A stretch of DNA of 32,000 nucleotides from Candidatus Moranella endobia PCIT (GTDB lineage Bacteria > Pseudomonadota > Gammaproteobacteria > Enterobacterales > Enterobacteriaceae): positions 270,001 through 302,000 of the forward strand of contig NC_015735.1 in assembly GCF_000219175.1 (NCBI RefSeq), read 5' to 3'. Position 1 is the first letter of the stretch, and each line of letters starts with the position of its first letter. Of the stretch, positions 1 to 10,340 are shown piece after piece. A program made the position numbers and the translations under genes. The notes under the pieces were generated by a model that saw nothing but the letters and a program-made list of their open reading frames with translations, was not told the DNA's origin and did not search any database.

Positions 1-2684
1 CGGTGCTGATCCAAAGTTAGGCGAAAGCCCAGGCCAAATTCAGCATTATCCTCAAACAAAGAATTAGCCCAGGCTGGCCCGCGGCCTTTTGCGTTTGTAG
101 TATATGGTGTTGTTGGTAGGTTACCGCCATAGATAGAAGAGCAGCCGGTGGCATTAGCGATCAGTAAACGGTCCCCATAAAGCTGAGTTAGCAGCTTAAT
201 ATATGGAGTTTCGCCACAACCCGAACAGGCGCCAGAGTATTCGAAAAGAGGGGTAATTAGTTGTGATGTGCGGAGATCAATTTTTGCCAGCATACGGGTA
301 TCAATTTCAGGTAGGCTAAGAAAGAAATCATAATTGATTTTCTCTGTTTCTAAATGCGCTAGCCGCGATGCCATATTAATGGCTTTTATTTTAGGTTGTT
401 GTCTATCTTTAGCTGGACATACTTCGACACACAACTGGCAGCCAGTACAGTCTTCTGGCGCAACTTGGAGTACATACTTATGGCCGCGCATATTGCGGGA
501 TTTTACTTCTAGGCATGACATGCTTGGCGGCGCTTTATCTAATGTCTGCGGCGGAACGACTTTAGCGCGAATAGCGGCGTGGGGACAGGCAGCCACGCAA
601 TAGTTGCACTGGGTACATAACGATGGTTCCCACAGTGGTATTTTTTCGGCGATATTGCGTTTTTCCCATTGCGTGGTGCTAATTGGCCAGCTTCCATCTG
701 GTGGCAATGCTGAAACTGGCAGTGCGTCACCTAAACCTGCGAGCATAGCGGCGGTAACGAATTTGACAAAATTAGGCGCCGCTTCTGATACTACCGGTGG
801 GCGCAAGTGACTTGCTGTTTCGACTGCTTTGAGCGGTACTTGAAATAAAGCATCGCTAGTCGCAGCTAGTGCCTGCCAATTAGACCTTATCAGTTCTTGT
901 CCCTTACTACTGCTATAGTTTGTAACCACTGCTTGTCGCAGGGCACTTAACGTCTGATCCGGCGGTAAAATACCAGACAGCTGGAAGAAAGCCATTTGCA
1001 TAACAGTGTTAATACGTGTCTGAAGCTTATATTTGCTGGCTATCTGCTGGGCGTTGATTACATAAAAACGTGCCTTGCGCTCATTTAGTATTGCCTGCAC
1101 CTCTCTGGGGAGTAAAGACCAGATTTCGTTGGCATCTTTAGGTGTATTCATGAGGAAAATACCGCCGGTCCGCAGGTGTTCTACAATGTGATACTTTTCG
1201 ATAAATTGCGATTGGTGGCAACCAATAAAATCTGCCTGGCCAACTAAATAGGCCGCATGAATTGGTTTCTTGCTGACCCTAAGATGAGACACGGTTAATC
1301 CACCAGCTTTCTTTGAATCGTAAACAAAATAGCCCTGGGTGAAATGCGGCGTCATATTGCCGATGATCTTTATAGAGTTTTTGGTTGCCGAGACCGATCC
1401 ATCGCCGCCCAAACCGTAAAACAGTGCTTCCAAAAGGAAACTACGCGGCCGCGTTGCTTTGGTTAATGGCAACGAAAGATGGGTAACATCATCATAAATG
1501 CCGACAGTAAAACGCGGCCGCGGTGCTACCTGCGCTAACTCGTTAAATATCGCCAATACACACGGTGGATCGAACTCTTTGGAAGATAGACCAAATCGGC
1601 CGCCGATGGTCAGTGGTAGTTTATTTATTTCGCCCCGGCTGTAGGCTTCCGCTAGTGTAGTTGTAACTTCAAGATATAGCGGTTCCGCCTGTGCTCCTGG
1701 CTCCTTGGTTCGGTCTAGCACCGCAATAGATTTTACCGCTTGGGGCATAATTTCTAGCAGATGGCTAGCAGAAAATGGCCTGAACAGTCGTACTTTGATT
1801 AATCCTACTTTTTCACCGTTGGCTAGCAATGTATCAATAACTTCTTCACAGGTACCAGCAGCTGATCCCATAACGATAATTATACGATCGGCATGAAGAT
1901 GGCCATAATATTCAAAAGGCTTATAGTGCCTGCCGGTGGCAGTAGCGAAGGCATCCATTGCTTGCTCCATCTTGCGATAAGCATTGTTATACCATGGGTT
2001 GGTAGCTTCCCTTGACTGGAAATAGGTATCTGGATTAGCGGCCGTGCCGCGCATCATAGGCTTATCCGGTGTTAGCGCGCGGGAACGGTGGGCGTTGATA
2101 GCAGCCTGGGGCAAGATTGATTGCAAAATATCGTCAGACAGAGGCGTAATTTTGTTCAGTTCATGGGAAGTGCGGAAACCGTCAAAAAAATGAATGAAGG
2201 GCAAACGACTGTTCAGACTGGCAACCTGAGCAATAAGCGCGAAATCTTGCGCTTCCTGGACATTATTAGCGCACAGCATAGCGCAGCCGGTCTGGCGCAC
2301 TGCCATAACATCTGAGTGATCGCAAAAAATAGATAGCGCATGGGTCGCGATGGTGCGTGATGCCACATGCAGTACAAAGGGAATAAGCTGGCCTGCCAGC
2401 TTATAAAGCGTCGGGATCATCAGCAATAATCCCTGTGAAGACGTGAAAGAAGTAGCCAGCGCACCGGTTTGTAGCGCACCGTGCACAGTGGCTATGGCGC
2501 CGGCTTCGGATTGCATCTCCACCACCCGGGGTATGTCACCCCATATATTTGGAGTACCGCTCTCTGACCAGTTATTAGCCTGCTCGGCCATAGTTGAGCT
2601 CGGGGTAATAGGGTAAATAGCGATAACTTCATTAATACGGTAGGCAACCGAGGCAACTGCATTGTTACCGTCTGTAGTGATCAT
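1..2684 (-). CDS. nifJ: pyruvate:flavodoxin/ferredoxin oxidoreductase (NifJ/YdbK family), N-terminal 894 codons; the 3' end lies beyond the window
   Basis: Absent from the ORF track because no stop codon falls inside the window. My own minus-strand translation from ATG 2684..2682 gives MITTDGNNAVASVAYRINEVIAIYPITPSSTMAEQ. Further on it gives EPSLCTQCNYCVAACPHAAIRAK (the codon starting at 629 is in frame with 2684) and EDCTGCQLCVEVCPAKD (codon at 479 in frame), which are two 4Fe-4S ferredoxin motifs. It then gives EYSGACSGCGETPYIKLLTQL (TPP domain). The frame is still open at position 2. The product is collinear with E. coli YdbK as I remember it. The track lists no minus-strand fragments in this frame, consistent with one uninterrupted frame. 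Confidence 0.9.
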   Translation of the reverse strand, partial: MITTDGNNAVASVAYRINEVIAIYPITPSSTMAEQANNWSESGTPNIWGDIPRVVEMQSEAGAIATVHGALQTGALATSFTSSQGLLLMIPTLYKLAGQLIPFVLHVASRTIATHALSIFCDHSDVMAVRQTGCAMLCANNVQEAQDFALIAQVASLNSRLPFIHFFDGFRTSHELNKITPLSDDILQSILPQAAINAHRSRALTPDKPMMRGTAANPDTYFQSREATNPWYNNAYRKMEQAMDAFATATGRHYKPFEYYGHLHADRIIIVMGSAAGTCEEVIDTLLANGEKVGLIKVRLFRPFSASHLLEIMPQAVKSIAVLDRTKEPGAQAEPLYLEVTTTLAEAYSRGEINKLPLTIGGRFGLSSKEFDPPCVLAIFNELAQVAPRPRFTVGIYDDVTHLSLPLTKATRPRSFLLEALFYGLGGDGSVSATKNSIKIIGNMTPHFTQGYFVYDSKKAGGLTVSHLRVSKKPIHAAYLVGQADFIGCHQSQFIEKYHIVEHLRTGGIFLMNTPKDANEIWSLLPREVQAILNERKARFYVINAQQIASKYKLQTRINTVMQMAFFQLSGILPPDQTLSALRQAVVTNYSSSKGQELIRSNWQALAATSDALFQVPLKAVETASHLRPPVVSEAAPNFVKFVTAAMLAGLGDALPVSALPPDGSWPISTTQWEKRNIAEKIPLWEPSLCTQCNYCVAACPHAAIRAKVVPPQTLDKAPPSMSCLEVKSRNMRGHKYVLQVAPEDCTGCQLCVEVCPAKDRQQPKIKAINMASRLAHLETEKINYDFFLSLPEIDTRMLAKIDLRTSQLITPLFEYSGACSGCGETPYIKLLTQLYGDRLLIANATGCSSIYGGNLPTTPYTTNAKGRGPAWANSLFEDNAEFGLGFRLTLDQH

Positions 2685-3169
2685 GAGTGCCTTGATCCTT
2701 GATTGAGATAATAGCCGTTAACTTATGGTCTAATTATGACTTGTCGCACATATAACAACAATAACTGTAGTGAATGTTAGTAGTGGTTAGTAAAATTATA
2801 CTAGGCGAAAGGTTCGTACTTGACCAATAATAAACTTACAACTGACAAAACTATTTGTCAGACTATGTCTAGTTATCCTAATCATCTTAAGTGAACAAGT
2901 GGCTGGTTGGTAGAATGAATTTTAAGCAAACTAACTAAAATAGTTGTCAATTCAAGCTGATATACTGTGCGTGTAACGCCGCGCGGGAAAACCTGTGGGT
3001 AAAAATACCATCGCCTATATTTGAACTATTCAGGCCTAGTTAATTAACGTTAGTTAATTTGTATGTAATTACTAGTCCAGTCCAATTTGGGTAAATATCA
3101 ACCAACTTGCTTAGGTAATTAAGTGAGTTGCTCAGATCATTTAGTCAAGATTAAATAAGGGGTTTAACA

Positions 3170-4381
3170 ATGACTGTAATTAAAATGACCGATCTTGATC
3201 TTTCTGGTAAACGTGTTTTTATCCGTTCCGATCTTAATGTGCCGGTTAAAAACGGGCAAGTAACTTCTGATGCGCGCATATTAGCCTCTCTACCAACTAT
3301 TGAAGTAGCAATGAAACAGGGCGCGCAAGTCATGGTAACATCCCATCTAGGCCGCCCGAACGAAGGAGAATACAATGCAGAGTTTTCTCTGCAGCCAGTA
3401 GTAGATTATTTAGCAAAAAAATTGTGCTACCCGGTCCGTCTTTACAAAAATTACCTCGATGGTGTGGATATTGCCGCCGGTGAACTAGTGGTGTTAGAAA
3501 ACGTGCGCTTTAACAAGGGCGAACATAATGATGACGAAGCTCTAGCAAAGAAATACGCTGCGTTGTGTGACGTGTTCGTTATGGATGCTTTTGGTACAGC
3601 CCATCGCGCTCAAGCTTCCACTCACGGTATAGGTAAATTCGCACCAGTAGCGTGCTCCGGTCCATTACTATTAAATGAACTAGAGGCGTTAGGCAAGGCA
3701 CTTGATCAACCGGCACGACCAATGGTAGCAATCGTTGGTGGCTCAAAAGTTTCAACTAAGCTGGTCGTTCTGGACTCGCTGTTGAAAATAGCAGATCAGA
3801 TCATAGTCGGCGGTGGCATTGCGAATACCTTTTTGGCAGCGCAGGGATATAATGTCGGCCAATCGAGATACGAGACAAAACTTATTCCTGAAGCTAAACG
3901 TCTGCTAAACATAGGCAATATAAACGTACCAACAGATGTCTATGTGACCACAGATTGTTCTGAAACAGCTACCGCGACACTAAAATCAGTCAGCGATATT
4001 CAGGACAATGAGTATATACTCGATCTCGGTAAGATCTCAGTCGCGAGGCTAACAAACATTATAAAAGATGCCAAAACTATTCTTTGGAATGGCCCAGTAG
4101 GCGTATTTGAGTTTGCCAATTTCCGTCAAGGCACTGAGTTGGTGGCACGTGCTATTGCAAACAGTGAAGCTTTCTCTATCGCGGGCGGGGGTGATACTCT
4201 AGCAGTTATTGACCTGTTTGGCCTTGCCAAGCAAATCTCCTATGTTTCTACTGGTGGTGGCGCTTTCCTAGCCTTTATAGAAGGTAAAAAACTACCAGCA
4301 GTAGTCATGCTTAATGCTGCAAGAAGAACGAGTGAAAAGTTAATTAAGCTGGTGGCTTATCCACAAACAGCAAAAAGTTAA
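3170..4381 (+). CDS. pgk: phosphoglycerate kinase
   Basis: 403-aa ORF. It starts [26 protein letters not shown] and contains [12 protein letters not shown] and [11 protein letters not shown], collinear with E. coli Pgk (387 aa). The C-terminus extends about 16 aa past the usual end. An SD-like AAGGGG lies 7 nt upstream of the ATG. Confidence 0.97.
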   Translation: MTVIKMTDLDLSGKRVFIRSDLNVPVKNGQVTSDARILASLPTIEVAMKQGAQVMVTSHLGRPNEGEYNAEFSLQPVVDYLAKKLCYPVRLYKNYLDGVDIAAGELVVLENVRFNKGEHNDDEALAKKYAALCDVFVMDAFGTAHRAQASTHGIGKFAPVACSGPLLLNELEALGKALDQPARPMVAIVGGSKVSTKLVVLDSLLKIADQIIVGGGIANTFLAAQGYNVGQSRYETKLIPEAKRLLNIGNINVPTDVYVTTDCSETATATLKSVSDIQDNEYILDLGKISVARLTNIIKDAKTILWNGPVGVFEFANFRQGTELVARAIANSEAFSIAGGGDTLAVIDLFGLAKQISYVSTGGGAFLAFIEGKKLPAVVMLNAARRTSEKLIKLVAYPQTAKS

Positions 4382-4417
4382 TCTTAAATAAAATTAAACA
4401 AAACAGGACAAAATAAT

Positions 4418-5494
4418 ATGCCAAAAATTTTTGATCTGGTGAAACCAGGAGTCATCACCGGTAATAACGTTCAGAAAGTGTTTGCTGTGGCAAAAGCCAA
4501 TAAATTTGCTCTGCCAGCCGTCAATTGTGTTGGTACAGATTCCATTAATGCCGCGTTGGAAGCGGCTACTAAAATGCGGGCGCCAATTATAGTGCAGTTT
4601 TCCAACGGCGGTGCCGCGTTTATTGCCGGTAAAGGATTAAATACTACAGGTCAGATTGGTGCGGTTCTAGGTGCAGTTTCCGGTGCACAGCATGTGCATC
4701 ATATAGCGGAATATTACGGAATTCCAGTTATCCTACATACCGATCATTGCACAAAAAAGTTACTACCTTGGCTAGACGGGCTACTCGAAGCTGGGGAAAA
4801 ACATTATGCCGATACTGGCAAGCCGCTTTTCTCCTCCCACATGATCGATTTATCTGAGGAAGTGTTAGAAGAAAATATTGAAATAAGCGCCAACTATCTC
4901 AGACGGATGGCAAAAATGGATATGACACTGGAAATCGAGCTTGGTTGCACTGGCGGTGAAGAAGACGGAGTGGATAATAGCCATTTGAATAAATCAGCGC
5001 TGTATACTCAGCCGGAAGATGTCGCTTATGCTTATGAAAAACTACATGCTATCAGTCCAAGGTTTACTATTGCAGTTGCTTTTGGTAATGTTCACGGTGT
5101 GTATAAGCCTGGGAACGTTAAGCTAACACCTAAATTACTGAATAAGTCACAGAAATACGTTTCGGCAACCTTTGGTTTACCAGAAAGTTCTTTGAATTTA
5201 GTTTTTCATGGTGGTTCTGGCTCTTCGGCGGCAGAAATAACGGAAGCAATTAGTTACGGTGTTGTAAAAATGAACATTGATACTGATACCCAGTGGGCAA
5301 CCTGGGAAGGTATTCTAAAATATTATCAGAATCACGAAGATTATCTACAGTCTCAGCTAGGAAACCCAGCAGGTGCCGATAAACCTAACAAAAAGTTCTA
5401 CGACCCGCGCATGTGGATCCGTGCTGGTCAGGAATCCATGGCAAAGCGCCTGAAACTTGCTTTTAAGGAACTAAACGCGATCGACGTACTGTAG
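4418..5494 (+). CDS. fbaA: fructose-bisphosphate aldolase, class II
   Basis: 358-aa ORF starting MPKIFDLVKPGVITGNNVQKVF, with PVILHTDHC, LEIELGCTGGEEDGVDN and FHGGSGS, ending ELNAIDVL. It is collinear with E. coli FbaA and shows the pgk-fbaA adjacency seen in enterobacteria. Confidence 0.97.
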   Translation: MPKIFDLVKPGVITGNNVQKVFAVAKANKFALPAVNCVGTDSINAALEAATKMRAPIIVQFSNGGAAFIAGKGLNTTGQIGAVLGAVSGAQHVHHIAEYYGIPVILHTDHCTKKLLPWLDGLLEAGEKHYADTGKPLFSSHMIDLSEEVLEENIEISANYLRRMAKMDMTLEIELGCTGGEEDGVDNSHLNKSALYTQPEDVAYAYEKLHAISPRFTIAVAFGNVHGVYKPGNVKLTPKLLNKSQKYVSATFGLPESSLNLVFHGGSGSSAAEITEAISYGVVKMNIDTDTQWATWEGILKYYQNHEDYLQSQLGNPAGADKPNKKFYDPRMWIRAGQESMAKRLKLAFKELNAIDVL

Positions 5495-5682
5495 GTATAG
5501 CACAACCTTCAAAACCATTTTTACTCACTAAAAGTGAGTCGGTCATTTAATAATTATTGTAATTTCCATGTAATAAATATTAAGTGAAACAACTGACACT
5601 ATATTAGTGTCAGTTACTCAAATCAATATTAAAACTTGCTGGAGTAGCTTTTGCTAAGCTGCCAAAATAATTGGGAGCGATC

Positions 5683-6111
5683 TTGCTAGTCGAACATGGC
5701 AATATTATTGCCTTCGATTTTGGTACGATGAGTATCGGAGTGGCTATTGGCCAATTTGTAACCTGCACTGCACAACCGCTAACAACGGTTCAGGTCCGCG
5801 ATGGTACCCCAAGATGGCAACAGATTGAAAAACTACTGAAAGAATGGTTACCGAATCTAGTAGTGGTGGGATTACCGCTGAATATGGATGGCAGTGATCA
5901 ACCGCTGACTGTACGAGCATGCAAGTTCGCCAAACGACTACATGGTAGATTTGGCGTTAAGGTTGTTCTGCATGATGAACGACTCAGCACAGTCGCTGCC
6001 CGTGCCATACTATTTGAGCGTAGCGGCTACAGAGCGCTAGAGAATAGGCAAGTTAACGCTAGTTCAGCAGCCATCATTCTTGAAAGTTGGTTGGAACAAG
6101 TTCGCCAATAA
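5683..6111 (+). CDS. ruvX: putative pre-16S rRNA nuclease / Holliday-junction resolvase-like protein YqgF (RuvX)
   Basis: The ORF contains [31 protein letters not shown] and [12 protein letters not shown], matching E. coli YqgF (138 aa). There is no in-frame ATG. I prefer TTG 5683, which has GGGAG (5673-5677) 5 nt upstream. The track's TTG at 5671 is the alternative. Confidence 0.85.
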   Translation: MLVEHGNIIAFDFGTMSIGVAIGQFVTCTAQPLTTVQVRDGTPRWQQIEKLLKEWLPNLVVVGLPLNMDGSDQPLTVRACKFAKRLHGRFGVKVVLHDERLSTVAARAILFERSGYRALENRQVNASSAAIILESWLEQVRQ

Positions 6112-6209
6112 AAACCTATTGGCTAATAAGGTACCAAATTTGTGTTTGCGTGCGGTACCGCGCATCAATCAGTATAAACAACAAGTGTCTATTATTTTAT
6201 TGTAGATGT

Positions 6210-6282
6210 TGGCCCTTGTTGGACTTGAACCAACGACCAAGCGATTATGAGTCGCTTGCTCTAACCACTGAGCTAAAGGGCC
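6210..6282 (-). tRNA. ileX: tRNA with CAU anticodon, most likely tRNA-Ile2 (lysidine-modified, ileX type); CCA not encoded
   Basis: The reverse complement is GGCCCTTTAGCTCAGTGGTTAGAGCAAGCGACTCATAATCGCTTGGTCGTTGGTTCAAGTCCAACAAGGGCCA. It folds as a cloverleaf: acceptor stem GGCCCTT/AAGGGCC, D stem GCTC/GAGC, anticodon stem AGCGA/TCGCT with loop CTCATAA, and T stem GTTGG/CCAAC. It is near-identical to E. coli ileX as I recall it, and it sits downstream of rpoD as ileX does in E. coli. Confidence 0.85.
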
Positions 6283-6503
6283 ACGCAAGCAACCATTATA
6301 CATAATGTAACAAATTTGGTCTATAGTTATCCTTGCAAGCTGTATCTTTTATCGCCGTTTTAGTAAACACGTCAAGATCAGGCGCTAAATTCATTAGTAG
6401 GTAGGGCTACTGGCTAAGCTTTGTAACCTTCATCCTTGGTTGGTGTTGATTTAATATCATGCATGCCGTGCTACAGCGCATGTCAAACTAAAATTCATAG
6501 TAA

Positions 6504-8339
6504 TTAATCTTCCAGGAAGCTTCGTAAGACCTCAGACCGGCTTGGATGACGCAATTTACGCAATGCTTTTGCTTCGATCTGACGAATACGTTCGCGGGTT
6601 ACGTCAAACTGTTTGCCCACCTCTTCCAGAGTGTGGTCGTTAGTCATACCGATCCCAAAACGCATACGTAAAACCTTGGCTTCGCGCGCAGTTAGACCGG
6701 CCAATACCTCCTTGGTCGCTGACCTTAGGCTATCTAATGTAGCAGAATCTAGCGGCATCTCGATGGTATTATCTTCGATAAAATCCCCTAAATGAGAATC
6801 TTCATCGTCGCCAATAGGCGTTTCCATAGAGATAGGTTCTTTGGCAATTTTCAGTACCTTATGGATTTTATCTTCTGACATCAGCATACGTTCTGCCAGT
6901 TCTTCTGGTGTTGGTTCTCTTCCAGTTTCTTGTAGCATCTGACGGGAGATACGGTTGAGCTTATTAATAGTTTCAATCATATGCACCGGGATACGTATGG
7001 TACGCGCCTGGTCAGCAATAGAGCGGGTGATAGCTTGGCGGATCCACCAGGTAGCATAAGTAGAAAACTTGTAGCCTCGGCGGTATTCAAATTTGTCCAC
7101 CGCCTTCATTAACCCAATATTACCCTCTTGGATCAGATCAAGGAACTGCAGACCGCGGTTAGTGTATTTTTTCGCGATAGAAATAACTAAACGTAGATTA
7201 GCCTCAACCATATCTTTTTTTGCGCGTCTTGCCTTTGCTTCGCCAATCGACATACGGCGGTTAATATCCTTCACTTGCTCGATAGTCAGACCGGTTTCTT
7301 CTTCAATCTGGCGCAGTTTATTTAGGCTACGATATACGTCATTATCTACTGCTTGTAGTTTTTCAGACCAGGGCTGGTTCATTGCCAAAGCAGCCTTGAA
7401 CCAGGTTTCGCTGGTCTCATTACCAGTAAACAACGTGATGAAGTTTTTTTTTGGCATCTTACTAATATCGACACATAGCTTCATAATTACGCGTTCCTGG
7501 GTACGCACGCGCGTCATCATAGCACGCATGTTGTTTACCAGGTAATCGAACAGTTTCGGTATTAGTCGAAACTGTTTGAAAACAGTAGAAAGCTTCATAA
7601 GCTCTGCGGCCGATTTAGTATGGTTGCGGCCGTTGGTTTTGATTACCTTACGAGTCATCTCATACTGTTCACGCAGTTCGACAAATTTCTGGCGTGCTAG
7701 ACCAGGGTCAATGCTATTATCATCTTCCTTGCTTGCTTCGTCGTGCTCTTCTTCATCGGTTATTTCGTTAGTTGCAAGTTCAGATCGAACATTGGTAGGA
7801 GCAAGCATCATCTCTTCTACAACAGAAGAATCAACAAATCCAGTGATGAGATCGGATAAGCGGGCCTCGCCTGCCTCAACGCGGTCGTACTGTTCAAGTA
7901 GGTAGCTTATAGCCTTAAGATACTCGGCAACCGAGCACTGAACCTGATTGATGCCATCTTCTATACGTTTAGCAATATCGATCTCTCCTTCGCGGGTTAG
8001 CAGCTCTACAGTACCCATTTCGCGCATATACATGCGCACTGGGTCGGTAGTGCGTCCAATTTCGGATTCTACGCTAGATAGAACTTGTGCCGCCGCCTCG
8101 ACTGCATCTTCGTCTGTATCAGGGTTTGTATCCGCTAGTAACAGTAGGTCATCGGCGTCGGGTGCTTCTTCCATCACCCGAATACCCATATCATTTATCA
8201 TCTGAATGATATCTTCGATCTGATCGGAGTCAACTATATCATCCGGTAAATGGTCATTGACCTCGGCAAAGGTCAAATATCCTTGCTCTTTACCATGTGT
8301 GACAAGCAGTTTTAACTGTGACTGTTGGTTTTGCTCCAT
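6504..8339 (-). CDS. rpoD: RNA polymerase sigma-70 factor RpoD
   Basis: 611-aa ORF starting [31 protein letters not shown], with [27 protein letters not shown], ending [18 protein letters not shown]. It is collinear with E. coli RpoD (613 aa). Confidence 0.98.
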   Translation of the reverse strand: MEQNQQSQLKLLVTHGKEQGYLTFAEVNDHLPDDIVDSDQIEDIIQMINDMGIRVMEEAPDADDLLLLADTNPDTDEDAVEAAAQVLSSVESEIGRTTDPVRMYMREMGTVELLTREGEIDIAKRIEDGINQVQCSVAEYLKAISYLLEQYDRVEAGEARLSDLITGFVDSSVVEEMMLAPTNVRSELATNEITDEEEHDEASKEDDNSIDPGLARQKFVELREQYEMTRKVIKTNGRNHTKSAAELMKLSTVFKQFRLIPKLFDYLVNNMRAMMTRVRTQERVIMKLCVDISKMPKKNFITLFTGNETSETWFKAALAMNQPWSEKLQAVDNDVYRSLNKLRQIEEETGLTIEQVKDINRRMSIGEAKARRAKKDMVEANLRLVISIAKKYTNRGLQFLDLIQEGNIGLMKAVDKFEYRRGYKFSTYATWWIRQAITRSIADQARTIRIPVHMIETINKLNRISRQMLQETGREPTPEELAERMLMSEDKIHKVLKIAKEPISMETPIGDDEDSHLGDFIEDNTIEMPLDSATLDSLRSATKEVLAGLTAREAKVLRMRFGIGMTNDHTLEEVGKQFDVTRERIRQIEAKALRKLRHPSRSEVLRSFLED

Positions 8340-8484
8340 AAGAGGTATCCATACTTCAGAGTAAAATTCAGTGTTGGCTGGTACAAGCTATAACCAACCA
8401 CATATCTGGAATTTATTTCGCACTGTAGTCCAAAAATATACTACACAAGGTAGTTCCCTGGTAATAGATTAGGCATTAGATTTG

Positions 8485-10233
8485 TCAGTTTTTTTTCGCC
8501 ATAGCCTGATTCAGCGACCACATTTCCCGGCGTTCTTCGGTAGTTAGGCCGTGGGTTCGGTCGCGGGCGATAAGTGTTTCCTGGCGGTGTGCAAGTATGG
8601 ATTCGTAAAAATTTGCCAGTGCATCGACAAATATCGAATCTATTACCTCGCCAGTAATCATGTGGTTCCAGGTTGCCAAAGTTTCAAGTTGGTAGTATGA
8701 TTTATTATCACGGTAATACTCAAGTAATTGTCCGGTTGTTAGTCCAGGATGAGACTTGCAATTTTGCACTAACTCGATAAATAGTGGTAAGCCAGGTTTG
8801 CTGATGTGCTCTAAACCGTGGACAATTGGTACTAGTTCAGCAAGCCGGGGATTCTGCACTAGTAATCCTATCAGGATACGCATAGTTGTACATTTGATAC
8901 GTATTTTTTTGGTACTATTATTTTTTAGTACCGCCTTCGGTAACAGTTTATCCCAATAATTGTCGTCGAGTATTCCCAGTTTATTACCGAGCTGCTGGCG
9001 CAGATAGAAACGTAATGTTTCACCCGGTACTTTACTGATCAGTGGTAACGCCAACCGGCTGAGTTTGGCGCGGCCTTCAATGCTGCTCAAATCAACCTGC
9101 GGTATGAGCGTTTCAAATAAAAACTTCGATAGCGGTTTCGCTTGTGCAATGTGCTGTTCAAACGCCTCTTTGCCAATTTTACGTATCATGGTATCGGGAT
9201 CTTCGCCTTCTGGCAGAAACATAAAACACAACTGGCGGCCGTCTATCAAAGATGGTAACGAGTTTTTCAGGGCGCGCCAAGCTGCTTCCCTACCGGCACT
9301 ATCACCGTCATAACAGAAGATAACCCTATCGGTGGCACGATATAGCAGTTGAATATGGTCAGTAGTTATCGCAGTACCCAACGATGCTACAGCATAGTCG
9401 ATACCAAACTGCGCCAGCGCCACAACGTCCATATAGCCTTCGACCACAAGTAGCCGTAATAATTGCATATTCTGTCGTTGTGCTTCATATAAACCGTACA
9501 GTTGGCGACCTTTATGGAAAATGACGGTTTCAGGCGAATTAATATACTTTGGCTGCCCATTGTCTAAGATCCTCCCGCCGAAGGCGACCACACGGCCACG
9601 TTTGTCGCGGATTGGAAACATTATGCGTTCACGAAAACGATCGTAGGTTCTGCCATAATCGTTTACCACCAGCATACCAGCGTCATTGAGATCAGCACGA
9701 TCTTGAGACGAATTACCGAAACGCTTAATAACGTTATACCAGCCTGGAGGCGCAAAGCCGATAGCAAAAGACTTAGTTATCGCTTCATTTAGCCCACGAT
9801 GTTGCAAATATTGGTTAGCTTTATTGGCAGTTTTTGATTGTAAAACCTGCTGGTAAAATTCACTAAGCTGTTCCATGAGCTGATACAGACTTGGTCGCTG
9901 ATCACGCCTATTATTATTCTGGAATGAGCAGATTTCCTCCGGTATTTCTAGTCCATACTGGGCGGCAAGTTCTTCGATAGTTTCGATAAACTCCAGGCGG
10001 TCGTAATTCATCAAAAAATCTATGGCATTGCCATGAGCGCCGCAGCCGAAACAATGAAAAAACTGTTTTTCACCATGCACAGTAAAAGAAGGATTGTTAT
10101 CATGATGGAATGGACAGCAGGCTTTAAAGCTATTGCCCTGCTTATGAAGTTTTACCCGCTTACTGATCAGATCGACGATGTCGATACGCGCTAACAGGTT
10201 GTTGATAAATATGCGTGGTATTTTGCCAGCCAT
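8485..10233 (-). CDS. dnaG: DNA primase
   Basis: 582-aa ORF. It has the zinc-ribbon CPFHHDNNPSFTVHGEKQFFHCFGCGAHGN and the TOPRIM segment VVEGYMDVVAL...CYDGDSAGREAA. It lies within the conserved rpsU-dnaG-rpoD operon order. Confidence 0.97.
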   Translation of the reverse strand: MAGKIPRIFINNLLARIDIVDLISKRVKLHKQGNSFKACCPFHHDNNPSFTVHGEKQFFHCFGCGAHGNAIDFLMNYDRLEFIETIEELAAQYGLEIPEEICSFQNNNRRDQRPSLYQLMEQLSEFYQQVLQSKTANKANQYLQHRGLNEAITKSFAIGFAPPGWYNVIKRFGNSSQDRADLNDAGMLVVNDYGRTYDRFRERIMFPIRDKRGRVVAFGGRILDNGQPKYINSPETVIFHKGRQLYGLYEAQRQNMQLLRLLVVEGYMDVVALAQFGIDYAVASLGTAITTDHIQLLYRATDRVIFCYDGDSAGREAAWRALKNSLPSLIDGRQLCFMFLPEGEDPDTMIRKIGKEAFEQHIAQAKPLSKFLFETLIPQVDLSSIEGRAKLSRLALPLISKVPGETLRFYLRQQLGNKLGILDDNYWDKLLPKAVLKNNSTKKIRIKCTTMRILIGLLVQNPRLAELVPIVHGLEHISKPGLPLFIELVQNCKSHPGLTTGQLLEYYRDNKSYYQLETLATWNHMITGEVIDSIFVDALANFYESILAHRQETLIARDRTHGLTTEERREMWSLNQAMAKKN

Positions 10234-10260
10234 AAGCTCTATCAGTTGAATATCTTCACT

Positions 10261-10309
10261 AGGCCGTACTGTTCTGTCCGCAATACTTGCGGACAGAACA
10301 GTACGGCCT
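10261..10309 (-). promoter_or_regulatory. perfect 22-bp stem / 5-nt loop hairpin in the rpsU-dnaG spacer (T1-like attenuator or processing structure)
   Basis: AGGCCGTACTGTTCTGTCCGCA (10261-10282), loop ATACT, TGCGGACAGAACAGTACGGCCT (10288-10309). It lies 31 nt after the rpsU stop and 27 nt before the dnaG ATG. No U-tract follows on the transcribed strand. Confidence 0.6.
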
Positions 10310-10340
10310 TAGTCTTTCAAGGTTCAATCTATGGATTACT

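Noticed and set aside
334-810. Track ORFs 334..603(+), 539..730(-) and 604..810(+).
   Set aside because: They lie inside nifJ, either antisense or in other frames. They have no homology signal, and the nifJ frame explains the region.
2630-2650. Suspected 1-nt frameshift near codon 15 of nifJ, which would have made it a pseudogene.
   Set aside because: It came from my own mis-copy of the line break at 2640/2641. Re-reading gives GCC TAC CGT ATT, which is in frame. Frame checks at 629, 479 and 2 agree with ATG 2684.
3076-3144. Possible relic of the epd 3' end just upstream of pgk. The frame W V N I N Q L A * V I K * V A Q I I * was compared with the Epd ending [20 protein letters not shown].
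   Set aside because: Only a few identities (W, N, A), although the position and length to the stop are suggestive. This is too weak without a nucleotide alignment to relatives.
4343-4361. A Chi octamer GCTGGTGG is immediately followed by a perfect DnaA box TTATCCACA in the pgk tail.
   Set aside because: Each is a single occurrence, at roughly the frequency expected by chance in 64 kb of two-strand sequence. There is no cluster of boxes, no AT-rich unwinding element and no replication genes nearby.
5523-5615. Two hairpins after fbaA (7-bp stem at 5523-5539 and 11-bp perfect stem at 5591-5615) as fbaA terminators.
   Set aside because: Neither has a downstream U-tract on the plus strand. They may still be RNA 3' structures, but I do not call them terminators.
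6087-6305. 72-aa ORF overlapping the ruvX 3' end and the tRNA.
   Set aside because: It runs across the complement of tRNA-Ile2, so the tRNA explains the sequence.
6613-8205. Four plus-strand ORFs (60-150 aa) within rpoD.
   Set aside because: They are antisense to a highly conserved gene. Their Ser/Arg/Ile-rich low-complexity translations are typical of antisense frames.
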